This document shows positions 1 through 9,895 of a stretch of 64,000 bases of DNA, in pieces. This stretch comes from Candidatus Moraniibacteriota bacterium (lineage in GTDB: Bacteria; Patescibacteriota; Minisyncoccia; Moranbacterales; UBA2206). Position 1 is the stretch's first letter; each line of letters starts with the position of its first letter. The translations under genes and the position numbers were made by a program. The stretch covers positions 9,182 through 73,181 of the forward strand of contig DPJH01000036.1 of the NCBI GenBank assembly GCA_003543115.1, given 5' to 3'. Under the pieces are notes generated by a model. That model searched no databases. It was not told where the DNA came from and was given only the letters and a program-made list of their open reading frames with translations.

Positions 1-207
1 GCATCCATCAGTCGCACCTGTTTCATTACTGAGTTTTCTTTACCGCCCTTTATCAAAATAATTTCTTCTGGATTAATATCGGATAAATCAAGTTTCGAAA
101 CAGAATATACTTGCCTATATCCGGATCCTTTTTCTTCGGTAGGGAGATTAAAATGTCTATGATATTTAGCGGTAATTTTAAAGAATTCATACACTAAGTC
201 TTTCATG
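1..207 (-). CDS. hypothetical protein, 5' portion only (gene runs off window start)
   Basis: The minus-strand ATG is at 207 and the frame stays open to position 1, translating MKDLVYEFFKITAKYHRHFNLPTEEKGSGYRQVYSVSKLDLSDINPEE. I recognised no family. Confidence 0.3.
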
Positions 208-556
208 GTTTTCTCCTTTTCGAATTTTGAGCCCGATAGTGGACGAGGTGATAAATTGTCGATGAACTTGTTAAGATGTGTTTCTTTGTTATTTCATCTT
301 AACAAGTAAGTATACCAGAAAAATGGTCAAGGGTCAATTATTATGTCTAGTGATTATTTGTTAAATATGACAAAAATTCAATAAAATAGGGATAAAATCA
401 GTAATATATTGATAGTCGTTTGTAGATGTCAAGATTATTGACTATTTTGGGGGATGTGGTAAGATGGGGTTATAATTGAGTATTTTCACACCCCCTCTTT
501 AATTCTCCCCCTCAAAGAGGAGGAGAGGATAGGGTGCGTAGCTCTATATAAATATC

Positions 557-1336
557 ATGAATCATTTAATTGAACCATTGAAAAATCTAGGTTTATCCGA
601 GAAAGAAGTCTTGGTTTATTTGGCGTTGCTTCAATTAGGCTCAGCTACTCCTTACCAAATCGCCAAAAAATCCGGCATTAAAAGGCCCACTGCTTATGTC
701 ATTGCTGAGGATTTGGTTAAAAAAGGCTTAATCGTGCATGTGCCCGGGGAAGAAAAGAAAAGATATATCGCCAAATCGCCAGAAGCTTTTATAGAGGAGC
801 GAGAAGAAAAGCTTATGGCAGCCAAGCAAATATTGCCGGAACTTAAATCATTTCAAAAAAATAGCGAACAAAAAGCTAGTATTATGTATTTTGAAGGAAT
901 GGAGGGTTTGAAACAGGCTTATCAATATAAAGAAAAAGAATTGCACAACAAAGAAATAGTAGGATTTTTCGCTTCCAATGAGGACGCCACGCCAGAAGTG
1001 AATGATTTTTTTATGAAATGGAATGAATACAAAGAAAAAAATAATACTAAAGTGCGCGGAGTAACCGTAGATACGCCGCTCTTGAAATCTTTTGATAAAT
1101 TTATCAATAAAGATATGCACACTATTACGGCCAAATTTCTACCGGAAAGCATGTATAGCGCCAAAATCTCTATTGAAGCGTGTGACGACCAATTTGTCCG
1201 AATCTTTCTTTATGAAAGCGTAGAAACATTAATTGTGGAGTCTCCCAAATTCACCAAGGCAATCAAAGAAATTTTTGAACTGGTCTGGAAAAGCCTAGAA
1301 GGAAAATACGATTCACCCTCCACCTGGGAAAAATAA
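557..1336 (+). CDS. TrmB-family HTH transcriptional regulator
   Basis: The N-terminus has a winged helix-turn-helix typical of TrmB (LSEKEVLVYLALLQLGSATPYQIAKKSGIKRPTAYVIAEDLVKKGLI) followed by a C-terminal sensor-like region. Confidence 0.6.
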   Translation: MNHLIEPLKNLGLSEKEVLVYLALLQLGSATPYQIAKKSGIKRPTAYVIAEDLVKKGLIVHVPGEEKKRYIAKSPEAFIEEREEKLMAAKQILPELKSFQKNSEQKASIMYFEGMEGLKQAYQYKEKELHNKEIVGFFASNEDATPEVNDFFMKWNEYKEKNNTKVRGVTVDTPLLKSFDKFINKDMHTITAKFLPESMYSAKISIEACDDQFVRIFLYESVETLIVESPKFTKAIKEIFELVWKSLEGKYDSPSTWEK

Positions 1337-1438
1337 TTTTTAAAATTGTTCTTGAATTTTCCGATTCCGAATGCTAAAATAAATAATAAAAGTTGCATGT
1401 ACTACGAACTATAAACTACTAACCATAAACTAAACGCT

Positions 1439-2158
1439 ATGTCAGGACATTCACATTGGGCAGGAATAAAACATAAAAAGGGCTTAAACGATGCTAAAAG
1501 GGGCAAGGTTTTCACTAAACACGCCAAGATGATCACCATTATGTCTCGAGATGGCGGAGGCAAGCCGGAAATGAATTTCCAGTTGCGCCTAGCCATTGAT
1601 CGGGCGCGTTTGGATAATATGCCTAGGGAAAACATAGAGCGCGCCATCAAAAAAGGCACCGGCGAGCTCAAGGACGGAGCGGAAATCACTGAAATCATCT
1701 ATGAAGGCATCGGACCTGGAAATGTCATGATGCTTGTCAAAACCGCGACTGACAATCGAAACAGGACAGTTAGTGAGATCAAGAGCATCTTCACTAAGGC
1801 CGGAGGGAAATTAGGCGAGATGGGAAGTTCGATGTGGAATTTCAAAAAAGTAGGCAATATCGTAATTCCTGTTTCAGAAGGCGAAGATCCATACGCCGTC
1901 GAAGAAAAAGCTATTGATGCCGGAGCGGAAGATACGCTCTATGAAGACAGCTCGCTCATTGTCTACACTCTTCCGGAAAATTTGAAAAGCGTACAGGAAA
2001 ACCTGGAAAAAATGGGAATGAAAATCGAAGATGCAGGTCTCGTTTATGCACCTTTGCAAAAAACCACCCTTTCCACTGAAGCACAAATCGATTATGAGAA
2101 ACTTCTTGAAACGCTTGATGAGCAAGATGATGTGCAGGAAATTTTCGATAATTTATAG
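1439..2158 (+). CDS. yebC: YebC/PmpR family DNA-binding regulator
   Basis: Starts MSGHSHWAGIKHKKG, the hallmark YebC N-terminus, and has the typical 239-aa length. Confidence 0.85.
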   Translation: MSGHSHWAGIKHKKGLNDAKRGKVFTKHAKMITIMSRDGGGKPEMNFQLRLAIDRARLDNMPRENIERAIKKGTGELKDGAEITEIIYEGIGPGNVMMLVKTATDNRNRTVSEIKSIFTKAGGKLGEMGSSMWNFKKVGNIVIPVSEGEDPYAVEEKAIDAGAEDTLYEDSSLIVYTLPENLKSVQENLEKMGMKIEDAGLVYAPLQKTTLSTEAQIDYEKLLETLDEQDDVQEIFDNL

Positions 2159-2285
2159 TCATAAAATTCATATCTAATCGATACGGCCATAGCTTCTTTT
2201 TTAAAGAAGCTATTTTGTCGCACATGATAAAAATTCACTTCTTAAAATCTATTTTTAAGACTATAATAGTAAGTAAGAGAATATT

Positions 2286-2801
2286 ATGGATAAAAAATTA
2301 ACCACCCAGGTTTCTGGCGTACGGGTTCTCGGCATTGATCCCGGTACCGCAACCGTAGGCTGGGCTATTATCGAAGAAATAAATGGCGTTTTATGCCCGA
2401 TAGCTTTTGGCCATATTTCTACGGAAAAAGACAAGAGTGAAGAAAATCGTCTGTGTGAAATTTCTTGCGACATTCAAAATATTATTGAAAAATATAAACC
2501 TCAAGAGGCTGCAGTGGAACAATTATTTTTTTTTAAAAACAAAAAAACCATCATCAGTATCGGACAATCCAGAGGAGCCATCCTATTGACTCTGGAGCAG
2601 AAAAATGTTAGCATATCCAGTTATACTCCGCTCCAAGTGAAACAGTCTGTAACGGGTTATGGCAAGGCAGAAAAAAGACAAATTCAGCTTATGGTAAAAA
2701 GTATCCTAAAATTAAAATCCATTCCTAAGCCTGATGACGTTGCTGATGCTATTGCTGTTGCAATTTGCCACATAAATAGCCGCAAAATTAATAATTTATA
2801 A
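2286..2801 (+). CDS. ruvC: Holliday junction resolvase RuvC
   Basis: Contains LGIDPGTATVGWAII (the RNase H-like catalytic Asp region) and a C-terminal DDVADAIAVAI motif. Length is 171 aa. Confidence 0.85.
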   Translation: MDKKLTTQVSGVRVLGIDPGTATVGWAIIEEINGVLCPIAFGHISTEKDKSEENRLCEISCDIQNIIEKYKPQEAAVEQLFFFKNKKTIISIGQSRGAILLTLEQKNVSISSYTPLQVKQSVTGYGKAEKRQIQLMVKSILKLKSIPKPDDVADAIAVAICHINSRKINNL

Positions 2802-2810
2802 CCTTCACCT

Positions 2811-3467
2811 ATGGAAACAACTATCAGTCCTATTATAAAATTCTTTATTCTGCAGGGCGTTCCTATGGAAACTATTATTCTTATCCTGATGCTCCCTCTC
2901 ATTGCTACTTTTATAGCCTTTTTACGGCAAGTAGTAGGAATTAAGGCTTTTGGAATATACACTCCGCTCATCATCACCTTTGCGTTCCTCGCCACCAATG
3001 GACTGCGCTATGGAATCGCTATTTTCCTGGTTATTCTTTTTTTAGGCATGCTTATGCGTTTTATGCTAAAGCCTTTCCGTCTGCTCTATCTTCCTCGAGT
3101 AGCTATAATGCTTACAGTGGTAGCCCTATTTATTCTTTTATTCTTATTTTTCGGAGGCGTCATACAAAGAACCGGACTGGCTTCTGTCTCCATCTTTCCC
3201 ATAGTCATTATGATCACATTAGTAGAAAAATTCGTTTCTGTTCAAATTGAAAAAGGCGACAGAACCGCTCTTATTTTGGCTTTTGAAACCCTTATAATAT
3301 CCATAATTGGTTTTTACATAGCCAGTTGGGGAACACTACGCACCATGCTATTATCCTATCCATGGCTAATCCTGCTCACCATTCCAATCAACATAATCAT
3401 TGGAAAATGGACCGGACTTCGCATCAGTGAATATATCCGTTTTCGCAATATTCTTAAAAAGCTTTAA
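2811..3467 (+). CDS. 7-TM integral membrane protein (partner of ATP-grasp ligase)
   Basis: It has about seven hydrophobic helices and lies immediately upstream of the alpha-L-glutamate-ligase-like ATP-grasp gene with a 3-nt gap. This matches the known conserved pairing of a 7TM protein with TIGR02291-type ligases. Confidence 0.5.
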   Translation: METTISPIIKFFILQGVPMETIILILMLPLIATFIAFLRQVVGIKAFGIYTPLIITFAFLATNGLRYGIAIFLVILFLGMLMRFMLKPFRLLYLPRVAIMLTVVALFILLFLFFGGVIQRTGLASVSIFPIVIMITLVEKFVSVQIEKGDRTALILAFETLIISIIGFYIASWGTLRTMLLSYPWLILLTIPINIIIGKWTGLRISEYIRFRNILKKL

Positions 3468-3470
3468 TCT

Positions 3471-4877
3471 ATGTTTCAGTTTTTCAAAAATAGCAAAAAA
3501 CTTCTCGGCATGAATTCAAGAAATCTTGAATTTATTCGGCCTTATAATCTTCGAGGTGCCAAGAGATTGGCTGATGATAAGCTTCTCAGCAAAAAAATTC
3601 TCAGAAAAAATGAAATTGCTATTCCCAGGCTTATCGCTAAAATAAAAACTATTGAAGATTTAGAAAATTTTGATTGGCAAAGCCTTCCCACCAGTTTCGC
3701 CTTGAAGCCTAGCCGAGGTTTTGGAGGAGAAGGAATCGTTGTGGTTTATGGAAAGAAAAAAAACAGAAATGATGCTTGGATAAAAGCCGATCGTTCTATT
3801 GTCACCATAGATGATCTGCGAAATCACATAAGAAACATTCTTGACGGATCTTTTTCGCTTTCCAATACGCCAGATGTAGCTTTTTTCGAAGAACGCTTGC
3901 AGCTGCTCAAGCTTTTTAAGCCTTATTGCTATAAGGGCATACCGGATATCCGTATTATTGTTTTTAATAAAGTTCCGATTATGGCTATGCTAAGACTTCC
4001 CACTAAAGAATCCCATGGAAAGGCTAATTTACAGCAAGGAGCCGTGGGAGTGGGAATTGACATGGCCACTGGCGTCACCACCACTGCTATCCAAGGCAAA
4101 AGCAGTTTCATTGAAAAAATTCCCGACACAGAACTTTCCGTTAGCGGACTTAAAATTCCCTACTGGAAAGATATGCTGACACTGGCTGTCAAAACCCAAA
4201 AAATTTCTAAATTAGGTTTTTTGGGAGTGGATGTGGCGATTGATAAGAATCTCGGACCTGTCATCCTTGAACTTAATGCCCGCCCAGGACTTTCTATTCA
4301 AGTAGCTAATTTAGCAGGACTTGCGGAAAGACTCAAAAGAGTTTCCGGATTAAAAATACAGACTATTGCCAAAGGAGTGCGCATGGGAATGGATCTTTTT
4401 GGAGGAGAGATTGAAGAAGAACTAGAGGAAATTTCCGGAAAAAAAGTAATTGGAACAATCGAAAAAGTGAGGCTCATGGGAAAAAACGGAAAAGAAATTG
4501 AAGTTGAAGCTAAAATTGACACAGGAGCGTTTTCCACTTCTATTGATACAAAAATTGCTCTAGAATTAGGATTTGAAGATGTTTTAAAATACTTTTCTTC
4601 TCTTGATTTGCCTAAAAATTTTTCCAGAGAGGAATCAAAAAAAATAGAAGAGGATCTCAAAAGAAAATATCTTGAAAAACATCCTGATTTAGCTGATATA
4701 ATTATAATATATTCTTCCAGCGGAGTTTCAGTGCGCCCTAAGATAAAAATTTCTTTTATTCTAGATGGAATAACTATTACATCCAAGGTTAATGTCATTG
4801 ACCGCAGCGAATTAAATTATTCTGCTATTATAGGAAAACAAGATTTAAGAAAATTTTTAATTGATGTAAATAAATAA
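3471..4877 (+). CDS. alpha-L-glutamate ligase-like ATP-grasp enzyme fused to a C-terminal retropepsin-like (RimB/'ATP-dependent zinc protease' PF05618-type) domain
   Basis: The N-terminus (MNSRNLEFIRPYNLRGAKRLADDKLLSKKIL...KPSRGFGGEGIVVV) matches the RimK-related alpha-L-glutamate ligase-like family. The C-terminal roughly 130 aa (IGTIEKVRLMGKNGKEIEVEAKIDTGAFSTSID) carry a D-T-G-A aspartic-protease motif like RimK-associated RimB proteins. Confidence 0.65.
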   Translation: MFQFFKNSKKLLGMNSRNLEFIRPYNLRGAKRLADDKLLSKKILRKNEIAIPRLIAKIKTIEDLENFDWQSLPTSFALKPSRGFGGEGIVVVYGKKKNRNDAWIKADRSIVTIDDLRNHIRNILDGSFSLSNTPDVAFFEERLQLLKLFKPYCYKGIPDIRIIVFNKVPIMAMLRLPTKESHGKANLQQGAVGVGIDMATGVTTTAIQGKSSFIEKIPDTELSVSGLKIPYWKDMLTLAVKTQKISKLGFLGVDVAIDKNLGPVILELNARPGLSIQVANLAGLAERLKRVSGLKIQTIAKGVRMGMDLFGGEIEEELEEISGKKVIGTIEKVRLMGKNGKEIEVEAKIDTGAFSTSIDTKIALELGFEDVLKYFSSLDLPKNFSREESKKIEEDLKRKYLEKHPDLADIIIIYSSSGVSVRPKIKISFILDGITITSKVNVIDRSELNYSAIIGKQDLRKFLIDVNK

Positions 4878-4883
4878 TGCCAG

Positions 4884-5798
4884 ATGAAAAAGATCCTACT
4901 TATCGGAATTGGGGAAGAAAATAATCCCAGCCAAAAAATAATAATTGCTCTCAAAAAACAAAAGATCCCCTATATATACACCAAATGGTCCAATCTGTCT
5001 TTTCAAGGAGAAAATGTTTATATGGGATTGGAAACAATCAACTTTAAAAACATAAGATCTGTCATATTTGATATTTTCCGTTTTCCTATAATAAAAAAAG
5101 AAAACAAAGAAGAGATCAATTACAATCTAGAAAATGAATTCAATGTATTACTCAACCTGATTAAAGAAAAAGGGATCTACACTCCAAATCAATCTTTTTT
5201 TTCACAATACCCTTTTTATAATAAATTTTCGCAAATGCACGTCTTTGCTTCAAAAAAAATCCCTTCTATACCTACTGTCCATCTTTGTGACAATAAAAAA
5301 GAAAAGGTCTTTAACTTATTAAAACAGCTCGCCCCCTCTTTTCCTTTGGTGGTAAAAGAAAGTTATGGGGGGGGTGGAAATAATGTTTGGAAAGTAAAGA
5401 CAAAAAAAGAATTGGAGAATTTTATTGAAAAGAGAAGGAATGTAAATATTGTTTTTCAGCCTTACATAAAAAATGATGCGGACTATAGGGCGATTGTCAT
5501 AAACGGAGATTGTCTTGGTATAATGAAACGAAGCGCGCAAAAGGGGCAATGGAAAAATAACTTTTCTCTAGGCGGAAAGGTGGAAAAATATGCAGATAAA
5601 AAAATGGAACGTTTTGCTGTTATGGTTTGTAAAAAATTAGGGCTTGAAATGGCTGGTCTGGATATTCTTTCCACAAAAAATGGCTTTGCAATAATTGAGA
5701 TTAACCTATTTTTCGGGCTTGATGGCTTTCAGTCAGTTTATCCTGAAATAAATGTAGCGGAAAAAATAATCAATTTTGTTAATACTAAAGTTATATGA
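4884..5798 (+). CDS. RimK/glutathione-synthetase-like ATP-grasp ligase
   Basis: Carries ATP-grasp motifs: LVVKESYGGGGNNVW, DYRAIVINGDCLG, NNFSLGGK and AGLDIL...AIIEIN. Confidence 0.6.
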   Translation: MKKILLIGIGEENNPSQKIIIALKKQKIPYIYTKWSNLSFQGENVYMGLETINFKNIRSVIFDIFRFPIIKKENKEEINYNLENEFNVLLNLIKEKGIYTPNQSFFSQYPFYNKFSQMHVFASKKIPSIPTVHLCDNKKEKVFNLLKQLAPSFPLVVKESYGGGGNNVWKVKTKKELENFIEKRRNVNIVFQPYIKNDADYRAIVINGDCLGIMKRSAQKGQWKNNFSLGGKVEKYADKKMERFAVMVCKKLGLEMAGLDILSTKNGFAIIEINLFFGLDGFQSVYPEINVAEKIINFVNTKVI

Positions 5799-6754
5799 AA
5801 AAAGTAATGATCCTTTTCGGAAAAAGCAATTGGCAAAAAGCCAAGCCTTTTTCCAATAAGGAATATCAATATTCATATGAATATTTTTATTCTTTATGCA
5901 AAAAAAATGAGATTCAGATGTATCGCGCTTCTTATCAGTGGTACGATTATAAAAATCATGTTTTTAAATATGCTTGGATTTATGAGGGAGAAAACGGAAA
6001 TTGGAAAAAAGTTAAAAATATCAAACCTGATTTGATTTATGATAAAACCAAGGCTCGCATGGAAACATATTATATGAAAGAATTGATAGGAGAAAATTAT
6101 CCATTCATCAATAATCAGCTTTTTACGAGGCTTATTGATGATAAATTCACCACCAGCCTAATTTTTTCCGATTGGAGCAAAAAAAATTGGCTTATAAAAA
6201 ATACCTCTGAACTAAGGGATGTTCTTCCCAAAATAAAAACAACGAAAATCGTTATTAAGCCTCTTATGGAAAGCGGCGGCAATGGAGTCCAGGTTTTGTC
6301 CAAAAAAGAAGCTTTGAAAAAAGCCTGTCTTCAGGAAACTAATTTAGTTCAAGAGTTCATTGATTCTTCAAAAGGAGTTCCTAATATCAGCCATTCCATG
6401 CATGATTTGCGCATAGTTATGGTTAATGAAAAAATTATTTATGCCTATATCCGAGAGCCGAAAAAGGGAAGTTATTTAGCCAACCTTGCTCAAGGCGGCT
6501 CTTTAAAAATCGTACCCAAAGAAAAACTCCCAAAATCTATTCTTCCTATAATAAAATCTGTCAATGAAATTTTGTCTTCTTTTAACCCAAGGGTTTTTTC
6601 TATAGACTTTATGTTTGATGAAAATAAAAAACCTTGGATTGTTGAACTTAATTCTATGCCGGGACTCTTTTTCACTTCAGAAGAAAAGCCTTATATGCTA
6701 GAAATGTATCAAGAATTATTAAATGTTTTTAAAAAAGAATTAAATTTGATTTAA
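5795..6754 (+). CDS. ATP-grasp ligase (YheC/YheD- or TTL-like)
   Basis: Shows KIVIKPLMESGGNGVQVL, DLRIVMVNEKIIYAYIR, ANLAQGGS and WIVELNSMPGL. Its start overlaps the stop of the upstream gene (ATGA), indicating an operon. Confidence 0.55.
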   Translation: MKKVMILFGKSNWQKAKPFSNKEYQYSYEYFYSLCKKNEIQMYRASYQWYDYKNHVFKYAWIYEGENGNWKKVKNIKPDLIYDKTKARMETYYMKELIGENYPFINNQLFTRLIDDKFTTSLIFSDWSKKNWLIKNTSELRDVLPKIKTTKIVIKPLMESGGNGVQVLSKKEALKKACLQETNLVQEFIDSSKGVPNISHSMHDLRIVMVNEKIIYAYIREPKKGSYLANLAQGGSLKIVPKEKLPKSILPIIKSVNEILSSFNPRVFSIDFMFDENKKPWIVELNSMPGLFFTSEEKPYMLEMYQELLNVFKKELNLI

Positions 6755-6760
6755 TTTCGT

Positions 6761-7249
6761 ATGCCAAGGATAATTAAAAAATTATCTGCTAAAGATAATT
6801 TGATTCTTCTTAAAATGCATAATAAAAATTTTTCTTCTTCTTATTGGGAAGAGGATAATTGGAATCACTTTTTATCACCCGACAGAAAGTCTCTTATGTG
6901 TGCCATTAAAAAGAAGGGTGCTTACGCAGGTTTTATAATGGGAAAACCCACACAAGCAAGCTGTTCTGTCATGCTCCTCAATACTCTGCTTGTAGCGCCT
7001 GCTTATAGAAAAAATGGCTATGGAAAAAGGCTGGTTGCTTTCTTTTTAAGCACTGCCTTTTCCATTCCTCAAACAAGGAAAGTGATTTTGCATTTTCGAG
7101 ATTCAAATAAAAAAATTCTTCTTCCTTTTTATAAGAAACTGGGCTTCGGAAATCATTCGATCAGGGGTTTTTATACTAATGGAGAGCTCAAGCATTATAT
7201 GTCCCTAACAAAAAAATGTTTCCTCAAAGAATCAAAAAGCCTTAGCTAA
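6761..7249 (+). CDS. GNAT family N-acetyltransferase
   Basis: Has the acetyl-CoA binding motif LVAPAYRKNGYGKRLV and is 162 aa. It is the last gene of the ATP-grasp operon. Confidence 0.6.
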   Translation: MPRIIKKLSAKDNLILLKMHNKNFSSSYWEEDNWNHFLSPDRKSLMCAIKKKGAYAGFIMGKPTQASCSVMLLNTLLVAPAYRKNGYGKRLVAFFLSTAFSIPQTRKVILHFRDSNKKILLPFYKKLGFGNHSIRGFYTNGELKHYMSLTKKCFLKESKSLS

Positions 7250-7357
7250 AAACAAGGTTTTTTTGTATACTAGTCATATAAGAACTTTTCTTGTCTAATT
7301 GTTTGAAAAGTCTTTCATTTTACTGTAAAATATAAAGAATATTAAAGTAATAATTTT

Positions 7358-9895
7358 ATGTATATTTTTTCACCTAAAAGCTCAAATAATGATTTTTCCA
7401 GAAATTTTCCACAAAAAAAATTCAAAATAAACTGGAAACTATTAAGAAAAATCTTTCTTTATTCTTTTATTGCAGGAATGCTTTTAGTGGTAGGAATTTT
7501 TGCTTGGTTCGCCAAAGACCTTCCCAGTCCTGGAAAGGTCAATACTCGCGTGGTGGCAGAATCCACGAAAATTTATGATCGCACCGGAGATCATATTCTC
7601 TATGACATCCACGGAGAAGAGAAAAGAACACAAATATCTTTTAATGACATTCCAGAAACACTGCGCTATGCCACTATTTCTCTGGAAGACCAAAATTTCT
7701 ACAGCCATCCCGGCTTTGATATTAAGGGTCTTGTTAACGCGGTTATGTCTAACATACTAAAAGTGGGCGGCGGAAGAGGCGGTTCAACCATTACGCAGCA
7801 ATTTGTTAAAAATTCACTTCTGTCCGGAGAAAGGTCATTATCTCGCAAAGTAAAAGAGTTGATTTTGGCTATAGAAATTGAAGTTAAATTCTCTAAAGAT
7901 GAGATTTTGGGAATGTACCTTAATGAAATCCCTTATGGATCAAATGCTTATGGCATAGAAGCTGCTGCCCAAACTTTTTTTGGCAAGCATGCATCCGAGC
8001 TTACACTCGACGAGGCAAGCCTTTTAGCTTCTCTTCCCCAAGCTCCTTCTTATTATTCTCCTTATGGAAGCCACACAGATGCTCTTCGCGGCAGGCAAGT
8101 ATATGCTTTGTCTCAAATGAAAAACCTTGGCTATATAACAGAAGAGCAATTTATAGCTGCTAAAGAAGTGGATGTTTTAGATAAGATAAAGCCCTCCTCA
8201 GAAAACATTTCTGCTCCTCATTTTGTAATGTATATCAAAGAATATTTGGAAAAAAACTATGGGAAGCAGGTTCTTGAGCAGGGAGGACTAAAAGTCTACA
8301 CCACTCTTGACTGGGACAAGCAACAAATAGCGGAACAAGCAGTTAGAGAAGGAGCTGAATCCAACACTAAAAAATATAAAGCAGAAAATGCCGCTTTTGT
8401 AGCTATGGACCCTAAAACCGGACAGATTTTAGCCATGGTAGGAAGCAAAGATTATTTCGATAAGTCTATCGACGGACAAGTAAATGTTTCTATTCGAGAG
8501 CGCCAACCAGGCTCATCATTCAAGCCCTTTGTCTATCTTACCGCTTTCAAAAAAGGCTACTTGCCAGAAACTCAACTTTGGGATGTAGATACGAATTTTT
8601 CTGTTGACAGCGAAAAAGATTATAATCCTAAAAATTATGACGGAAAAAATCATGGATTGCTTCAAATGAAAGATGCTCTGGCAATGTCTCTTAATGTTCC
8701 CGCCGTTAAAACTCTTTATCTTGCAGGAATTAATGATTCTATCACCACCGCCAAATCTCTTGGCATAACTACGCTTAATAAGCCTGATAATTATGGCCTT
8801 TCTCTTGTTCTTGGCGGTGGAGAGGTAACGCTTCTAGATCATGTAAACGCGTATGGAACCCTAGCTACCGGAGGAATTCATCATAATAAAACCGGCATCT
8901 TAAGAATATCTGATTCGTCCGGAAAAGTTCTTGAAGAATATAAGGAAGATCCGGGTGAACGAGTCATTGAAGAAAAATATGTAGCTATGCTTGATTATAT
9001 ACTATCTACCAATTCTCTTCGCGAATCGGTTTTTGGAAAAAATAATCCATTAAGCTTTTCTGACCGCCCTGTGGCCGCTAAAACGGGCACCACAAACGAA
9101 TGGCGTGATGGTTGGACACTTGGATACACTCCGTCTATTGCAGCTGGCGTCTGGGCAGGAAATAACGATAATACTATTATGGCTCCAGGAGCTGATGGGG
9201 TTCTTGTCGCTGCTCCTATTTGGAGAAAATTTATGGATAATGTTCTAAAAAACTATACCATTGAAGATTTTCCTAAATATGAAGAGGAAAAGGATGTAGA
9301 AAAGGATATTTTAAAAGGCAAATTAGATCCGACAGGGAAAATAGAAGTGTGTAAAATAAAAAAGGATAAGTATTGTTTAGCCAGTGACGCTTGTCCTGAC
9401 GGATATTCAGAGAAAAAAGAGTTTTTTTCCGGTCATAATATTTTATGGTATGTGGATAAAAAAGATCCCCGAGGAGACACGCCTAAAAAACCTGAAGATG
9501 ACCCCCAATATAAAAACTGGGAAAAGGCCGTTCAAAAGTATGCTGAAAAAAATAAAGATTTTAAAAAAGATTCCGCCCCTACTGAAAAATGCGAGTCTGA
9601 TGATTTTTCAAATATAGAGCCTTCTGTTGAAATAAAAAATCCTTCTAATGAATCTACCATAACATCTTTCAATTTCAATATTAGTGCTTATGGATCCTCG
9701 CCTTTTGACATAGATAAGATAACTTTATATATAAATGGCGACGAGGTGGCTTCTAATAGCGGCTCTAAAATTGATTATGAATACAAAGTGCCTTCCGAAA
9801 AGAACAATTCTGACTTAGAAATAAAAGCCACAGTGAAAGACGGAAATAACTCATCAAAATCTACCAATATAAAGGTGCATATTGCCATTCCTTAG
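7358..9895 (+). CDS. class A penicillin-binding protein (PBP1A: glycosyltransferase + transpeptidase) with C-terminal extension
   Basis: Contains the GT51 motifs EDQNFYSHPGFD and GGSTITQQ, and the transpeptidase motifs SSFKP and KTGT. An N-terminal TM anchor is present. Confidence 0.85.
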   Translation: MYIFSPKSSNNDFSRNFPQKKFKINWKLLRKIFLYSFIAGMLLVVGIFAWFAKDLPSPGKVNTRVVAESTKIYDRTGDHILYDIHGEEKRTQISFNDIPETLRYATISLEDQNFYSHPGFDIKGLVNAVMSNILKVGGGRGGSTITQQFVKNSLLSGERSLSRKVKELILAIEIEVKFSKDEILGMYLNEIPYGSNAYGIEAAAQTFFGKHASELTLDEASLLASLPQAPSYYSPYGSHTDALRGRQVYALSQMKNLGYITEEQFIAAKEVDVLDKIKPSSENISAPHFVMYIKEYLEKNYGKQVLEQGGLKVYTTLDWDKQQIAEQAVREGAESNTKKYKAENAAFVAMDPKTGQILAMVGSKDYFDKSIDGQVNVSIRERQPGSSFKPFVYLTAFKKGYLPETQLWDVDTNFSVDSEKDYNPKNYDGKNHGLLQMKDALAMSLNVPAVKTLYLAGINDSITTAKSLGITTLNKPDNYGLSLVLGGGEVTLLDHVNAYGTLATGGIHHNKTGILRISDSSGKVLEEYKEDPGERVIEEKYVAMLDYILSTNSLRESVFGKNNPLSFSDRPVAAKTGTTNEWRDGWTLGYTPSIAAGVWAGNNDNTIMAPGADGVLVAAPIWRKFMDNVLKNYTIEDFPKYEEEKDVEKDILKGKLDPTGKIEVCKIKKDKYCLASDACPDGYSEKKEFFSGHNILWYVDKKDPRGDTPKKPEDDPQYKNWEKAVQKYAEKNKDFKKDSAPTEKCESDDFSNIEPSVEIKNPSNESTITSFNFNISAYGSSPFDIDKITLYINGDEVASNSGSKIDYEYKVPSEKNNSDLEIKATVKDGNNSSKSTNIKVHIAIP

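Noticed and set aside
848-1398. Antisense ORFs overlapping the TrmB gene (848-1120, 922-1164, 1210-1398, minus strand)
   Set aside because: They are shadow ORFs fully embedded opposite a well-supported gene. No homology features were recognised, and the composition is typical of AT-rich antisense frames.
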